Shown here one piece after another: positions 18,860 through 29,478 of a stretch of DNA of 64,000 nt. The notes below the pieces were generated by a model. That model was given only the letters and a program-made list of their open reading frames with translations. It did no database searches and had not been told where the DNA came from. The DNA lies in contig OY970309.1 in the NCBI GenBank assembly GCA_963716395.1, forward strand, positions 1,472,001 to 1,536,000, read 5' to 3'. Position numbers and translations under genes: made by a program. Every line of letters starts with the position of its first letter. The first letter of the stretch is position 1. This DNA comes from an uncultured Fibrobacteria bacterium. GTDB lineage: Bacteria > Fibrobacterota > Fibrobacteria > UBA11236.

Positions 18860-19395
18860 TTGACTTGGGCGATGACCTGGCGCGTCACGATGTTCCCGTC
18901 CACGCGCAAGGCCACCAACTTCAACCCGCGGGGATTGATTTCCTTAGGTAATTCGGGTTGGAGAATCATTTCTCCGCGCGGACATTGGCCCGCGAACAGG
19001 GTTCCGAGGTTTTTCCCGTAAAGGTCCAGCAGCAGCACTTCGACGTCAGCGGGTTGGGGCAAGGTGATGCGCACCCATACCTGATGCGGCCCGAGCGACT
19101 TCACCGTCATGCCCAGCGTCAACTGCGCCGTATCGCGGGATGCCTGACCCGGCGTGGCGGCGGTGGCGGTGGTGTCGGCCAATTGCAGTACCGTTTTGAG
19201 ATCGCGCGTTTCTCCGTGCGCATTGGTCACGGCCGGAAGAATCACCTCGCTGGTTACCGGCCGCAGGGGATCGCGCAGCAGCAGAATCAGGCGTTGCTTG
19301 TCCGCATGCACAAACGGCGCGCCCAAAAAGACCGCAGCGGCAAACAGAGCCGGAAACCGGCGCGTGATTCCGACTCGTTGGTTGCGGCGTTTCAT
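18856..19395 (-). CDS. Small secreted protein made mainly of a T9SS-CTD/FlgD-Ig-like domain
   Basis: Signal peptide; C-half VRITLPQPADVEVLLLDLYGKNLGTLFAG...GE...GLKLVALRVDG...TRQVI; ATGA overlap with the downstream gene. Confidence 0.55.
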   Translation of the reverse strand: MKRRNQRVGITRRFPALFAAAVFLGAPFVHADKQRLILLLRDPLRPVTSEVILPAVTNAHGETRDLKTVLQLADTTATAATPGQASRDTAQLTLGMTVKSLGPHQVWVRITLPQPADVEVLLLDLYGKNLGTLFAGQCPRGEMILQPELPKEINPRGLKLVALRVDGNIVTRQVIAQVK

Positions 19396-19620
19396 TGCAG
19401 TCCTATGCGAAAAATCGGCTTACTCCGAAGAGACTTGGGGGGGAGAGAATACTTAATAGTATATCCCGAAAGTCCGCAATAAGTATGAAATTAAATCTGG
19501 CGGAATATCCGCCGGTATGCTAAAATCGTCAAGGAATCGACGATTTCACCGAAATTGAAAATCGCATTGGAAGAGATGTGACGAGTTTTTAACTTTTATT
19601 CTAGCTCGCTTGATAAAAAG

Positions 19621-21147
19621 ATGATCTCGAAAGCCCCGGAAACTCCCAAAAGGCCCGGCTCCGGCAGTAAGGCGACCCGTGACTTGGCGGCCGCGGTGCA
19701 AACCCAGCGCCGCGACTTCGAGTCGACGCCGGCCGCGCCGGTGCGCATCATCCGGCTTCGGCATTACCGGACAATTCTCACCGCGCTGCAAATTTTAGGC
19801 GATACCACTTCGATTCTCGGCAGCTTTTTGTTGGGGTATTTTCAATGGCAATGGTTGGGCCCACGCTTGGCCATCGACGTGTACGAGGCCGAGCCCTTCT
19901 CCCAATATTATCTGTTTCTCGGTGTCAGTATCATCACGACTTTGGTCGGCATGCAAAGCCACGGGTTGTACAAACCCAACCGCAGCCTGATGAACGTCCG
20001 CGAATTCGAGCTCTTGCTCATGACCTGGGCCAAAGCCTCGCTGTTCGCCGTTGCCATCCTGTTTCTGGCGCACGAGTTGTATTTCAGCCGCGGCATTTTC
20101 GTCTTGACCTGGGCCAATCTGCTCTTTTTGCTGTGGTGCGAACGCTACGGGTTTTTCAAATTCAACAACTTTCTGCACCGCAAAGGCTTTGTCGAAACCA
20201 CCTGCCTGGTGTACGGCACGGGCGAAATGGGCCGCAAGTTGCTGGAAAAGTTTCGCGATTCCCCCAAGTTGGGGTTGCATGTGGCGGGTTTTATCGAAGA
20301 CGATCCCAATCAATTGGGAAAAAGCATCAAAGGCGTGCCGGTGCTGGGAGATTTTTCCCGCTTGGGCAGAGTGATCCGCGAATCCGGCGCCCAAAAGTTA
20401 TTCATCGCCCTGACCCAGGTTCCCTCGCGGGTGGTCATCGACATCCTTGACGTCTGCCGCGAAACCGGCTGCGATTTTCAAATCGTGCCCTCGTTGTACG
20501 ACATCGTGATCCAGCGCGTGAAGGTCACCGAATTGGAAGGCATTCCCCTCATCGGATTGACCGAGCCGCGCTATTCCCTGCGCACCCGCATCGTCAAACG
20601 CAGTGTCGATTTCGTCGGCTCGCTGATCCTGCTCGCCGCTTTGAGCCCCGTCTTCATGGTGATGGCCGCGCTGGTAAAATTGACCAGCAAAGGCCCGATT
20701 ATTTTCGTGCAGAAGCGCGTGGGTCTCAAAGGCCGGCGCTTCCGCTTTTACAAATTCCGCTCCATGTATGTCGACGCGCCCATGTATGCGGTGACGCCGC
20801 AAAGCGGGCGCGACCCGCGCATCACGCCCGTCGGCCGGTTTCTGCGCCGCACTTCGCTCGACGAATTGCCGCAGCTCTGGAGCGTGCTCAAGGGCGACAT
20901 GAGCTTGGTCGGGCCGCGGCCGGAAATGCCCTTCATCGTGGCCAAATACAGCGATTTACAGCGCCAACGCCTCAACGTCAAACCGGGCATCACCGGACTG
21001 TGGCAAATCAGCGCCGACCGCAAAAACGCCATCCACGAAAACATGGATTACGACATCTACTACATCAACAACCAGAGCTTTTTGCTCGACGTCGTGATTC
21101 TCTTGCGCACCGTGTGGAGTTGCTTCGTGGGCGTGGGCGCCCACTAA
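19621..21147 (+). CDS. Polyprenyl glycosylphosphotransferase (WcaJ/WbaP-like priming sugar transferase)
   Basis: N-term TMs, LVYGTGEMG Rossmann segment, KRSVD, FYKFRSM, DPRITPVGRFLRRTSLDELPQL, SLVGPRPE, KPGITGLWQI. Confidence 0.93.
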   Translation: MISKAPETPKRPGSGSKATRDLAAAVQTQRRDFESTPAAPVRIIRLRHYRTILTALQILGDTTSILGSFLLGYFQWQWLGPRLAIDVYEAEPFSQYYLFLGVSIITTLVGMQSHGLYKPNRSLMNVREFELLLMTWAKASLFAVAILFLAHELYFSRGIFVLTWANLLFLLWCERYGFFKFNNFLHRKGFVETTCLVYGTGEMGRKLLEKFRDSPKLGLHVAGFIEDDPNQLGKSIKGVPVLGDFSRLGRVIRESGAQKLFIALTQVPSRVVIDILDVCRETGCDFQIVPSLYDIVIQRVKVTELEGIPLIGLTEPRYSLRTRIVKRSVDFVGSLILLAALSPVFMVMAALVKLTSKGPIIFVQKRVGLKGRRFRFYKFRSMYVDAPMYAVTPQSGRDPRITPVGRFLRRTSLDELPQLWSVLKGDMSLVGPRPEMPFIVAKYSDLQRQRLNVKPGITGLWQISADRKNAIHENMDYDIYYINNQSFLLDVVILLRTVWSCFVGVGAH

Positions 21148-21169
21148 ACCCTCGCCGCCTTCGCCCCTT

Positions 21170-22351
21170 TCAGGGCGGCGCCCCGAACTCGAAAACCTCG
21201 CCGTCGTTTTCAATCACCAGCCGGTTTTCCAGCGGCCCGGCTTCGATGCGGCCGATGACGCGCGCCGCAATTCCGAATTCATTCGACACCGAAATCACAT
21301 CGGAAACCAAGGCCGGCGCGCAGGCGATTTCCAGGCGGTGGCCCATGTTCAGCGACCGGAGCAACTCGCGGGAGCTCAAATGCGACTGCCGCTGCAGGAG
21401 TCGGAACAGGGGGGGCGGCGGGAACAAAGCGTCTTTCACGTAGGTAAGCCCCCGGCCGAAGCGCAGGCATTTGGTTTGACCGCCACCGGTGTTGTGGAAA
21501 ACGAAGGCTACGGCGTCGCGCCTCGTGGCATACAATTTCGCCAGCACCGGGGCATAGGTGCGCGTGGGGGAAAGCAGGGCTTCACCCACGCAGAGTTCGG
21601 ATTCCGGCAGGGGATCTCGTAGGCGAAAGGGGCCGACATAGGCCAAGTCGGTGATTTCCGGCGCAAAGGCCTCGGGATAAAGCGTGCGGTAATGGGGCGA
21701 TAGCAATTCATGGCGCACCGAAGTCAGCCCGTTGCTGCCGATGCCGGAGTTTTCGCGCGGTTCGTACACGGCGCGGCCGAAAGAGGCCAGGCCCACCAGA
21801 ACCAATCCCGGCCGCAAGCGTTCTCCCGCAAAGACATGCCGGCGTTGCATGCGCGTGACCAAGGTCGAATCGACCACCAAAGTGCGCACGGCATCGCCGA
21901 GATCGGCGGTTTCGCCGCCGCCGCTGTGGATTTCGATTCCGTAGCGGCCCAGCATCTCGCCGCAGGCGCGGTAGCCGGCGATGATTTCCGCCAGCACTTC
22001 GCCGGGAATGCGTTTGGCGTTGCGTCCGATGGTGTTGGAAAGCAGAAATGGCCCCGTGGCTCCGGCGCAGAACAGATCGTCGAGATTCATGACCAGGCTG
22101 TCTTGCGCCAGTCCGCGGAACACCGAAGCGTCGCCGGTTTCGCGCCACCATAAATAGGCGGCTATGGCTTTGGTGCCTGCGCCATCGGCGTGGATAAGAA
22201 GGCAATGATCCGGGCTGCCGCCCAAGGCGTCGGGCAACACCTTGCAAAACGCGCCGGGGAAAAGACCCGGGGACTCGTGACTCAGGGCGGCATGCACTTC
22301 GCTTTTGTCCGCCGAAGCACCGCGGTCTTCATAGCGCAAAGAGTCTACCAC
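21170..22351 (-). CDS. purM: AIR synthase (phosphoribosylformylglycinamidine cyclo-ligase), Bacteroidota/spirochete type
   Basis: RYEDRGASADKSEVH, FPGAFCK, HADGAGTK, MNLDDL, GGETADLGD, GIGSNGLT, LNMGHRLEI; GTG start at 22351. Confidence 0.9.
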   Translation of the reverse strand: MVDSLRYEDRGASADKSEVHAALSHESPGLFPGAFCKVLPDALGGSPDHCLLIHADGAGTKAIAAYLWWRETGDASVFRGLAQDSLVMNLDDLFCAGATGPFLLSNTIGRNAKRIPGEVLAEIIAGYRACGEMLGRYGIEIHSGGGETADLGDAVRTLVVDSTLVTRMQRRHVFAGERLRPGLVLVGLASFGRAVYEPRENSGIGSNGLTSVRHELLSPHYRTLYPEAFAPEITDLAYVGPFRLRDPLPESELCVGEALLSPTRTYAPVLAKLYATRRDAVAFVFHNTGGGQTKCLRFGRGLTYVKDALFPPPPLFRLLQRQSHLSSRELLRSLNMGHRLEIACAPALVSDVISVSNEFGIAARVIGRIEAGPLENRLVIENDGEVFEFGAPP

Positions 22352-22448
22352 GGCGCAAATATACCCTCGGGCCGTCGCGCGTCTCGTTGCGAATTTTTCT
22401 TTTCGCCGCCATTTCCCCGCAGGCGGATCAATTACTTTTGCTGTCGCA

Positions 22449-22850
22449 ATGGGAATGCAATCCGCAGCCCGAGGGGCAATAGGTTCGATCTGCGTGATCG
22501 GGTTCTGCGCGTGCGGGCCCAACCTGGCGTTTCTGGCCAACCGCAGTCAAAGCGAAGCGCAGACGCTGCAGAAATACTGCTCGCGAGCTAATGTGCAGGG
22601 CCAGGAAATCGCCCAAGCCAACACCCTTCTCAGTCAAAGCCTCGCCCTGTCGCAGGACGGCAAGGCCGAAAAATCGCGCACGGCTTCGGAGCAGGCTGTC
22701 GGGTTGTATCGCGTGGCCCTGGCCCGCGCCGACAAGGAAAAAACCGAAGCCGACGCCGCTGCGGCCGACAGCGCCCTGGGTCAGGACAAAACCCGCCTGG
22801 CGGCCTACCGCGAAATATTGGATGAGATGAAAAGCATGGGGAAACCATGA
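22449..22850 (+). CDS. Helical lipoprotein (DUF4398-like), partner of the OmpA protein
   Basis: Lipobox-like FCAC, Ala/Gln-rich coiled coil, 4-bp overlap with the OmpA gene. Confidence 0.55.
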   Translation: MGMQSAARGAIGSICVIGFCACGPNLAFLANRSQSEAQTLQKYCSRANVQGQEIAQANTLLSQSLALSQDGKAEKSRTASEQAVGLYRVALARADKEKTEADAAAADSALGQDKTRLAAYREILDEMKSMGKP

Positions 22851-23725
22851 GGAGCTTGGTTTGTACGGCCTTGGTGATGGCGACCGGAATGGGTACCCGC
22901 ACAATGGCGGCGGCCGCCAATTCCGAACCCGGCCTCGCGGGTTTGGAAGCCCGATTGGAGCAGGCTGTAAAAACATTGGGGCCGAACGCACGGCCGCCGG
23001 AATATTATGTCGAAGCCCAAGGCAAGCTGCACGAAACCGAGGCGCTGATCGCCGCGGATCCAAATTCCGAGGAGAGGCCGGCGTGGGAAAGCGCTTGCAG
23101 TTCCTATGTCGTCGCGGCCGAATTGCAAATCCAGGCGGCGGACGCCAAGGCCAAATTGGATCAAACCAACGCCGAGCGTCTGGCCGTGCTCACCGATCAA
23201 GGCAATGTCCTAGATTCGATTTACCGCATGGAGCGCGGGAATTCCTCATCCTTGCGCGCCGATCTGGAAGAACAAAAACGCAAAATCGCCCAGGCCCGCG
23301 AAGAGGCGGAGAAACGCTTTAACGCCCTGAACAGCGCGCTGATCCAGGTGCGGCAGGATGCGCGGGGAACCATCATCTCGATGTCCGACATTCTCTTTGC
23401 GGTGGGTAAAGCCGATCTGACCGAGAGCCTCAAAACCAGCCTGGCCAAGATTGCCGGCATTCTGACCATTTACAAAGACGCCAATATTTCGGTGGAAGGA
23501 CACACCGACAATGTCGGCACCGCCGAGTTTAATCAGAAGCTGTCGGAGAAACGCGCTGAAAACGTGATGAATTTCCTCATCAATCCCGGCGGTATCGATG
23601 CCAGCCGATTGACTGCCATCGGCTACGGTTTCAGCAAACCCATCGCCGACAATTCCACCAAAGAGGGCCGCCAGAAAAACCGGCGGGTCGATTTGGTGAT
23701 TATGGACAAAACTCCCGCGCCGTAA
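22847..23725 (+). CDS. OmpA/MotB-family peptidoglycan-binding protein with an N-terminal coiled coil
   Basis: ILFAVGKADL, VEGHTDNVG, NQKLSEKRA, GYGFSKPIADN...GRQKNRRVD. Confidence 0.92.
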   Translation: MRSLVCTALVMATGMGTRTMAAAANSEPGLAGLEARLEQAVKTLGPNARPPEYYVEAQGKLHETEALIAADPNSEERPAWESACSSYVVAAELQIQAADAKAKLDQTNAERLAVLTDQGNVLDSIYRMERGNSSSLRADLEEQKRKIAQAREEAEKRFNALNSALIQVRQDARGTIISMSDILFAVGKADLTESLKTSLAKIAGILTIYKDANISVEGHTDNVGTAEFNQKLSEKRAENVMNFLINPGGIDASRLTAIGYGFSKPIADNSTKEGRQKNRRVDLVIMDKTPAP

Positions 23726-23762
23726 AATCCCGGAATGCCAAGGCTGCGCGGCGCCGGCAGCA

Positions 23763-24551
23763 TCAACCCGCGCCGGTGCTCCCGCGTTCTTGCTCCAAGC
23801 CGAGCCAAGAGCCGCAGCCGTAATCGCGGTTCATACGCGCGATGTGCTCCACTGAAATCTCCTTGGGGCAGGCGGCTTCGCATTCATAGTGGTTGGAGCA
23901 ATTGCCGAAACCGAGTTCATCCATTTTGGCCACCATGCGGGCCGCGCGGCGTTCGCGTTCGGGCTGGCCTTGCGGCAGTCGGCCCAGATGCGACACCTTG
24001 GCGGCCGTGAACAGCATGGCCGAAGCGTTGGGGCAGGCCGCCACGCAGGCGCCGCAGCCGATACAGGCCGCCGCATCCATGGCGGCGTCGGCGTCGCATT
24101 TGCGCACAGGCAAGGCGTTGGCGTCGGGCGCGCCGCCAGCATTGACCGAGATGAATCCGCCGGCCGCGATGATTTGATCGAGCGCGCCGCGATCCACCAC
24201 CAAATCACGCAGCACGGGAAAGGCGCGCGAGCGCCAGGGTTCGACGGTGATGGTCTGCCCATCCTGAAAACTGCGCATGAACAATTGGCACACCGTGGTG
24301 CCTTTTTCCGGGCCATGCGGCAGGCCGTTCACCACCAGCGAGCAGGTGCCGCAAATGCCTTCGCGGCAATCGCTCTCGAACGCGAAGGGCTCTTCGCCTT
24401 TGCGGACGAGATCGTTGTTCACCTCGTCGAGCATTTCCAGGAACGACATGTCGGGAGCCACGTTCTTGGCTTCGTATTCCCGGAAGCCGCCGGGAGACTG
24501 CGCGTCTTTTTGCTTCCAGATGCGGAGGTGGAGATTCAGGGTGCCGCTCAT
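23763..24551 (-). CDS. sdhB: Succinate dehydrogenase/fumarate reductase Fe-S subunit
   Basis: [34 protein letters not shown]; ATG 24551 overlaps the sdhA stop. Confidence 0.95.
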   Translation of the reverse strand: MSGTLNLHLRIWKQKDAQSPGGFREYEAKNVAPDMSFLEMLDEVNNDLVRKGEEPFAFESDCREGICGTCSLVVNGLPHGPEKGTTVCQLFMRSFQDGQTITVEPWRSRAFPVLRDLVVDRGALDQIIAAGGFISVNAGGAPDANALPVRKCDADAAMDAAACIGCGACVAACPNASAMLFTAAKVSHLGRLPQGQPERERRAARMVAKMDELGFGNCSNHYECEAACPKEISVEHIARMNRDYGCGSWLGLEQERGSTGAG

Positions 24552-26461
24552 TTGTAGCTCCGCTGCGTGAGGTGCACATGATCGAAGGTCAAGGGCTCGG
24601 TATGTAACTCGGGAGTTCCCTTCGCACCTTTGAATTCCCAGGCCGCCACGTGGCAAAAGTGTTTGTCGTCGCGCAAGGCCTCGCCTTCGGGCGTCTGGAA
24701 CTCTTCGCGGAAATGCCCCCCGCAGGATTCGCGCCGGGTCAAGGCGTCGCGCACCAACAGTTCGCCGAATTCCAGAAAGTCGGCGATGCGGCCGGCTTCT
24801 TCGAGGTTTTGATTGAAGTCGCCCGTGCCGCCGGTCACGCGCACTTCGCGCCAGAAGCGCTCGCGAAGGTTGGGAATCTCGGCGAGCGCCTGTTTGAGGC
24901 CGGCTTCGTTGCGGGCCATGCCGCATTGGTTCCACAGCAGCTTGCCGAGTTCACGATGGAATTCCATGGGCGGCTTGTTTCCGTTTACGGCCAGCAGCTT
25001 GTCGAGCCGCTCCTTGACCGTGCGTTCGGCCTCGGCAAAAGCCGGGTGGTCGACGGTCGTTTTTTCCAGCTTGGTCGACCCGAGATAATGCCCCAGCGTG
25101 TAGGGGATCACGAAATATCCGTCGGCCAACCCCTGCATGAGCGCGCTGGCGCCGAGCCGGTTGGCACCGTGATCGGAGAAATTGGCTTCGCCCAGAACGT
25201 GCAGGCCCGGCACATTGCTCATGAGATTGTAGTCGACCCACAGTCCGCCCATGGCGTAATGCACGGCGGGAAAAATGCGCATGGGGGTTTCGTAAGGGTT
25301 CTCGGCCGTGATCTTGGCGTACATGTGGAAGAGGTTGCCGTACTTCTCGCGGATTTTGCCGGCTCCCAAACGGTGCACAGCGTCGGCGAAGTCGAGATAA
25401 ACGGCCAGGCCGCTTTGACCCACGCCCAGGCCCTGGTCGCAGACGGCTTTGGCGTTGCGCGAAGCCACGTCGCGGGGCACGAGGTTGCCGAAACTGGGGT
25501 ATTTCTCCTCGAGAAAGTAAAAGCGATCGGCTTCGGGGATTTGCGCCGGCGGCCGCCGGTCGTCGGCCCGGCGCGGCACCCACACCCGGCCGTCGTTGCG
25601 CAGGCTTTCGGACATGAGGGTCAACTTGCTCTGGTGATCGCCGCTGACCGGAATGCAGGTGGGATGGATTTGGGTGAAGCAGGGGTTCGCGAAGAACGCG
25701 CCGCGTTTGTGCGCGCGCCAAGTGGCGGTGACATTGCAGCCCACCGCATTGGTCGAGAGATAGAACACCCGGCCGTAGCCGCCCGTGGCCAGAATCACGG
25801 CGTCGGCCTCATGGCGTTCCAGCGCGCCGGTCAGGAGATTACGGGCGATGATGCCGCGCGCCCGTCCATCGATCACCACGAGATCGAGAAACTCGCGCCG
25901 CGTGTGCAACTGGATTCGGTGCAAGGCCACCTGTCGCATCATGCTTTGATAGGCGCCCAACAAGAGCTGCTGGCCGGTTTGGCCGCGGGCGTAGAAGGTG
26001 CGCGATACCTGCGCGCCGCCGAAAGAGCGGTTATCGAGCAGGCCGCCGTATTCGCGGGCGAAAGGCACCCCCTGCGCCACGCATTGGTCGATGATGGCCA
26101 CGCTGATTTCCGCCAGGCGGTAGACATTGGCTTCGCGGGCGCGGAAGTCGCCGCCCTTGACCGTGTCATAGAACAGGCGGTACACGCTGTCGCCGTCGTT
26201 GGGGTAATTCTTGGCCGCGTTGATGCCGCCCTGCGCCGCGATGCTGTGCGCGCGCCGGGGGCTGTCGTGAAAGGTGAAGGTGTGCACGTTGTAACCCAAC
26301 TCGGCCAAAGACGCCGACGCCGAAGCGCCGGCCAGGCCCGAGCCCACCACGATGATCTTGTGCTTGCGCTTGTTGGACGGATTCACCAGCTTCATGTGAA
26401 AGCGGTAGTCGGTCCACTTCTGTTCGATGGGGCCGGGCGGAATTTTCGAGTCCAGTATCAT
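24548..26461 (-). CDS. sdhA: Succinate dehydrogenase/fumarate reductase flavoprotein subunit
   Basis: [53 protein letters not shown]; start MILDSKIP. Confidence 0.96.
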   Translation of the reverse strand: MILDSKIPPGPIEQKWTDYRFHMKLVNPSNKRKHKIIVVGSGLAGASASASLAELGYNVHTFTFHDSPRRAHSIAAQGGINAAKNYPNDGDSVYRLFYDTVKGGDFRAREANVYRLAEISVAIIDQCVAQGVPFAREYGGLLDNRSFGGAQVSRTFYARGQTGQQLLLGAYQSMMRQVALHRIQLHTRREFLDLVVIDGRARGIIARNLLTGALERHEADAVILATGGYGRVFYLSTNAVGCNVTATWRAHKRGAFFANPCFTQIHPTCIPVSGDHQSKLTLMSESLRNDGRVWVPRRADDRRPPAQIPEADRFYFLEEKYPSFGNLVPRDVASRNAKAVCDQGLGVGQSGLAVYLDFADAVHRLGAGKIREKYGNLFHMYAKITAENPYETPMRIFPAVHYAMGGLWVDYNLMSNVPGLHVLGEANFSDHGANRLGASALMQGLADGYFVIPYTLGHYLGSTKLEKTTVDHPAFAEAERTVKERLDKLLAVNGNKPPMEFHRELGKLLWNQCGMARNEAGLKQALAEIPNLRERFWREVRVTGGTGDFNQNLEEAGRIADFLEFGELLVRDALTRRESCGGHFREEFQTPEGEALRDDKHFCHVAAWEFKGAKGTPELHTEPLTFDHVHLTQRSYK

Positions 26462-26466
26462 GTCGG

Positions 26467-27150
26467 TTACCCTTGGGCGTGGAAATGAGCCCACACGGCC
26501 AGGGCTGCGAAGCCTGCGCAAATCACGACGGCATAGGCCTTGGCCGCGAGCTGCACCGCCGTCTGATATTTGGGGTGGTTCCATCCCAGGCTCTGCAAGC
26601 TGCTTTGCACGCCGTGGGCCAGGTGGGTAAAAAGCACCACGAAGCTGGCCACGTAGAACAAGGTGAACCACCAATGCCCGAAGGCCCGCATGGCCGCGCC
26701 GTAGAGATCGCGCATTTCCACCCCGTCCTGGACGACGGTGCCGACGCCCCAGTAGGCGCCGAAGCGAAAATGCGGAACATGCACCAGCAGGAAGATGAGC
26801 AGCCACACACCGCTGACCATCATGTAGCGCGAAAAGGGCGTGCGGCCCGACTTGGAAGCCGCAACCGCATAGCGCGGGCCGCGCGCGGCACGGTTCTCGG
26901 CAGTCAATTGGAACGACAGCCCGAGGTGGATGAGGAAGGCGGCCAGCAAGGTGCACTCGATGGGCACGATGATTTCGCGCAGGGTGTGCAGCAGCAAATA
27001 GCCGTAGGCGTTGAAATGTTCGGCGCCGGCCAGCATGCCCAGGTTGCCGGCGAGGTGGACGAGCAGGAAAAAGTAGAGGTAAATGCCGGTTAAGCCCATC
27101 ACCTGCTTTCTCCCCACGGAGGAGCGCAGATACCTGGCCGTTGAATTCAT
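26467..27150 (-). CDS. sdhC: Succinate dehydrogenase cytochrome b558 subunit
   Basis: [33 protein letters not shown], five TM helices with His ligands, directly upstream of sdhA. Confidence 0.92.
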   Translation of the reverse strand: MNSTARYLRSSVGRKQVMGLTGIYLYFFLLVHLAGNLGMLAGAEHFNAYGYLLLHTLREIIVPIECTLLAAFLIHLGLSFQLTAENRAARGPRYAVAASKSGRTPFSRYMMVSGVWLLIFLLVHVPHFRFGAYWGVGTVVQDGVEMRDLYGAAMRAFGHWWFTLFYVASFVVLFTHLAHGVQSSLQSLGWNHPKYQTAVQLAAKAYAVVICAGFAALAVWAHFHAQG

Positions 27151-27363
27151 CGCCAAGCCTTTCGGGTCCAGAAGATGATCAGAAGTCGGGGAAAAAATAG
27201 CTCAAGAAGCCGCTCTCTTGACGCGATTTAGCTTGAGCCGTCCTTCGCCCGCAGGCTTCAGCTCGGCGAATCGGGTTCGATTTGGAAAAACCGCGGCGAA
27301 ATGTCCTTTTGGCAGAAAGTCAGCAAAGTTTGCCAAGTCAGAAAATGGTTGCGCGCCGCCCCA

Positions 27364-29367
27364 TCAGCGGGCCGGGCGCGGTTTGAGCCCCATGGCGTAT
27401 GCCAGAAACTGAGCTTCGATGGCATCGACCTGTAAGGCGCGGCTTTCGAGGCGCGCCGCATGCCCCACGCCTGACATCAGGAACAGCCAGGACTCGGTTG
27501 GATTTTTCGCCAGGGCCACGAACATTTTTTCGGATTGATCCACGGGTACGCGCGGGTCATCGCGGCCATGGACGAGCAAAAGCGGAGCCCGGATGCGGTC
27601 GGCATGGGTCAAGGGCGAGATCGAATCGAGAAAGGCGCGCATGGCCGGGTCGCGTTCGTCGCCATATTCCACCCGCCGCAAATCGCGGCGATAACCGGCC
27701 GTACCTTCCAGGAAAGACGCGAAGTCGGAAATGCCGGAGACGCTCACACCGGCCGCCAGGCGCGTTCCGAAATGGGTCAAAGCCGACAAGGCCATGAAGC
27801 CGCCGTAGGAACGGCCCAGCACGGCCACCCGGTGCGCATCCAAAACCGAATCGCGCGCCACGGCGGCGAGCAAAGCGCCGAGATCGCGCACGGCCCCCTC
27901 GCGGCCGCGGCCGTTGTCGAGGCCTTCGTAGCTGCGGCCATAGCCCGTCGACCCGCGCACATTGGGCCGGATCACGGCCAAGCCCAACTCTTGCACGCAA
28001 AAGGCGACGAAGGCATCGTAACCCGGACGTTCCTGCAATTCGGGACCGCCGTGGATTTGGATCAGCACCGGATGCGGGGCCGGCCACCGGGCCGGAGGCA
28101 GAAGAATGCGCGCCGGAATTCGCCGCGGTTTGTCGCCGACGCTGTCAAAAGTGGGGTAGCTGAAATCGCGCGACGCGGGAAATTCGGGTTGGGGGTCGGG
28201 CCCAAAATCGGCCTGGGCCCAACGCCGGGCTCGACTGCCGGTGAGGGCGTAAACCTCTCCAGGCGAAGAGGGACGGACGACGAATACCGCCGCCGAAGCG
28301 TAACCGGGGCGATACGCTCCGGGCCAAATTACGCCCACGGGTAAACCCGCAATCGGCCGGGGTTGTGCCGCGCCACCCGGTTTCAGCCGCCACAAACGGC
28401 TGACGCCGTCGCTATCCACGGCGTAGAGAATTCCACGGCCATCGGGTTCGGGCAGGGCCCATTCCACGTCGGCATTCAGTGCAGGTGACAGCGGCGTCGG
28501 CACGGCCTGGCCCGCAACGGTGCGGTACAGGCGCTGGAATTCACCGCCGCGATCCGAGATAAAGGCCACCACCGTTCTGCCGCCCACGGGCCGCAAATAG
28601 AAAGCGTCGCCGAAGCTTTGCGGCCCCGCATGCGGAAGAATTTGGGTAATGGTTGAATCCATCAGGGATAGTTCCCACAAGGTGCTGCGCGCCGCCGACA
28701 CGTCGTTGCGCAAGAGCAATTTGTGATCATCGGCGCTGAAATCCACCGGAGTCCAGGCCCCGGGATGATGCCAGACGAGCCGATCGGCATCGGGCCACGC
28801 GCCCAGGCGCACGTCGTAATCGGAGCGGCCGGCCGGGTTGTGGGAATACGCAAAATACCGTCCGTCGCGGCTCCACAAAACATCGGTGACGCGGCCCGGC
28901 GGCGCGGGCCAGGGATTTTTCTCGCCCGTGTCCCAGCGGAAAAGCGACAACCGGTACTCTTCGTCGCCCCCGACGTCGCGCGTCAAAAGCGCGGCATGCC
29001 GCGCGGGATCGGGGCAAACGTGAAAGCGGTCGACCCGGTCGGTGAAATGCGAAAGCTGCCGCGGTTTCGCTCCCGCCCGGGGCAATAGGAACAGTTGCGG
29101 CCAATCGCCCACGCGCATGGCCACCAGCATGCCCTGCGAAGCCCAACCCGCAAAACCCACGCCGCGCGCCGCTGCATAGGGTTCGAGCCGTTTCACCCAA
29201 ACCGAGTCAAGTTCGACGCCCAGGTTGGCCGGATGGGTACGCAGCGTGTAATCCGATGCCGGAGTGGCTGCCGAAATCGCCGGGGCGCATACCATCGACC
29301 AGGCCAATGGCAGTGCCGCGATTTTTACAATCATTCCGCGGCGAAGTTTCAGGGTGGTTCTCGTCAT
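27364..29367 (-). CDS. Secreted S9-family serine peptidase (beta-propeller plus alpha/beta hydrolase)
   Basis: Signal peptide; IHGGPE, PNVRGSTGYG, GRSYGG nucleophile, HGRDDPRV, VGH. Confidence 0.92.
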   Translation of the reverse strand: MTRTTLKLRRGMIVKIAALPLAWSMVCAPAISAATPASDYTLRTHPANLGVELDSVWVKRLEPYAAARGVGFAGWASQGMLVAMRVGDWPQLFLLPRAGAKPRQLSHFTDRVDRFHVCPDPARHAALLTRDVGGDEEYRLSLFRWDTGEKNPWPAPPGRVTDVLWSRDGRYFAYSHNPAGRSDYDVRLGAWPDADRLVWHHPGAWTPVDFSADDHKLLLRNDVSAARSTLWELSLMDSTITQILPHAGPQSFGDAFYLRPVGGRTVVAFISDRGGEFQRLYRTVAGQAVPTPLSPALNADVEWALPEPDGRGILYAVDSDGVSRLWRLKPGGAAQPRPIAGLPVGVIWPGAYRPGYASAAVFVVRPSSPGEVYALTGSRARRWAQADFGPDPQPEFPASRDFSYPTFDSVGDKPRRIPARILLPPARWPAPHPVLIQIHGGPELQERPGYDAFVAFCVQELGLAVIRPNVRGSTGYGRSYEGLDNGRGREGAVRDLGALLAAVARDSVLDAHRVAVLGRSYGGFMALSALTHFGTRLAAGVSVSGISDFASFLEGTAGYRRDLRRVEYGDERDPAMRAFLDSISPLTHADRIRAPLLLVHGRDDPRVPVDQSEKMFVALAKNPTESWLFLMSGVGHAARLESRALQVDAIEAQFLAYAMGLKPRPAR

Positions 29368-29411
29368 CGCATTCCGGCCCCGCCGGGCGAAAGGGAAAAT
29401 ACCATGGCGGA

Positions 29412-29431
29412 AAGTAACATTCGAGTTACTT
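29412..29431. promoter_or_regulatory. Palindromic candidate operator upstream of the S9 peptidase
   Basis: AAGTAAC-N6-GTTACTT with perfect 7-bp arms in a short intergenic gap. Confidence 0.35.
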
Positions 29432-29478
29432 ATCCGGCCCGCGAAGGCGCCGTCACCGATGGCGGCGTCACTCTGCGA

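Noticed and set aside
24650-26488. Long antisense or alternate-frame ORFs (612 aa here; also 33279-35498, 53544-55451, 60584-61957, 46960-48177)
   Set aside because: They shadow well-supported genes and have no recognisable motifs; long stop-free antisense frames are expected in high-GC DNA
27309-27336. TTGGCA-N16-TGCCAA palindrome containing a GG-N10-GC sigma54-like spacing upstream of sdhC
   Set aside because: The sigma54-like reading points away from sdhC and lacks TTGC; the 6-bp arms are too short to support a call
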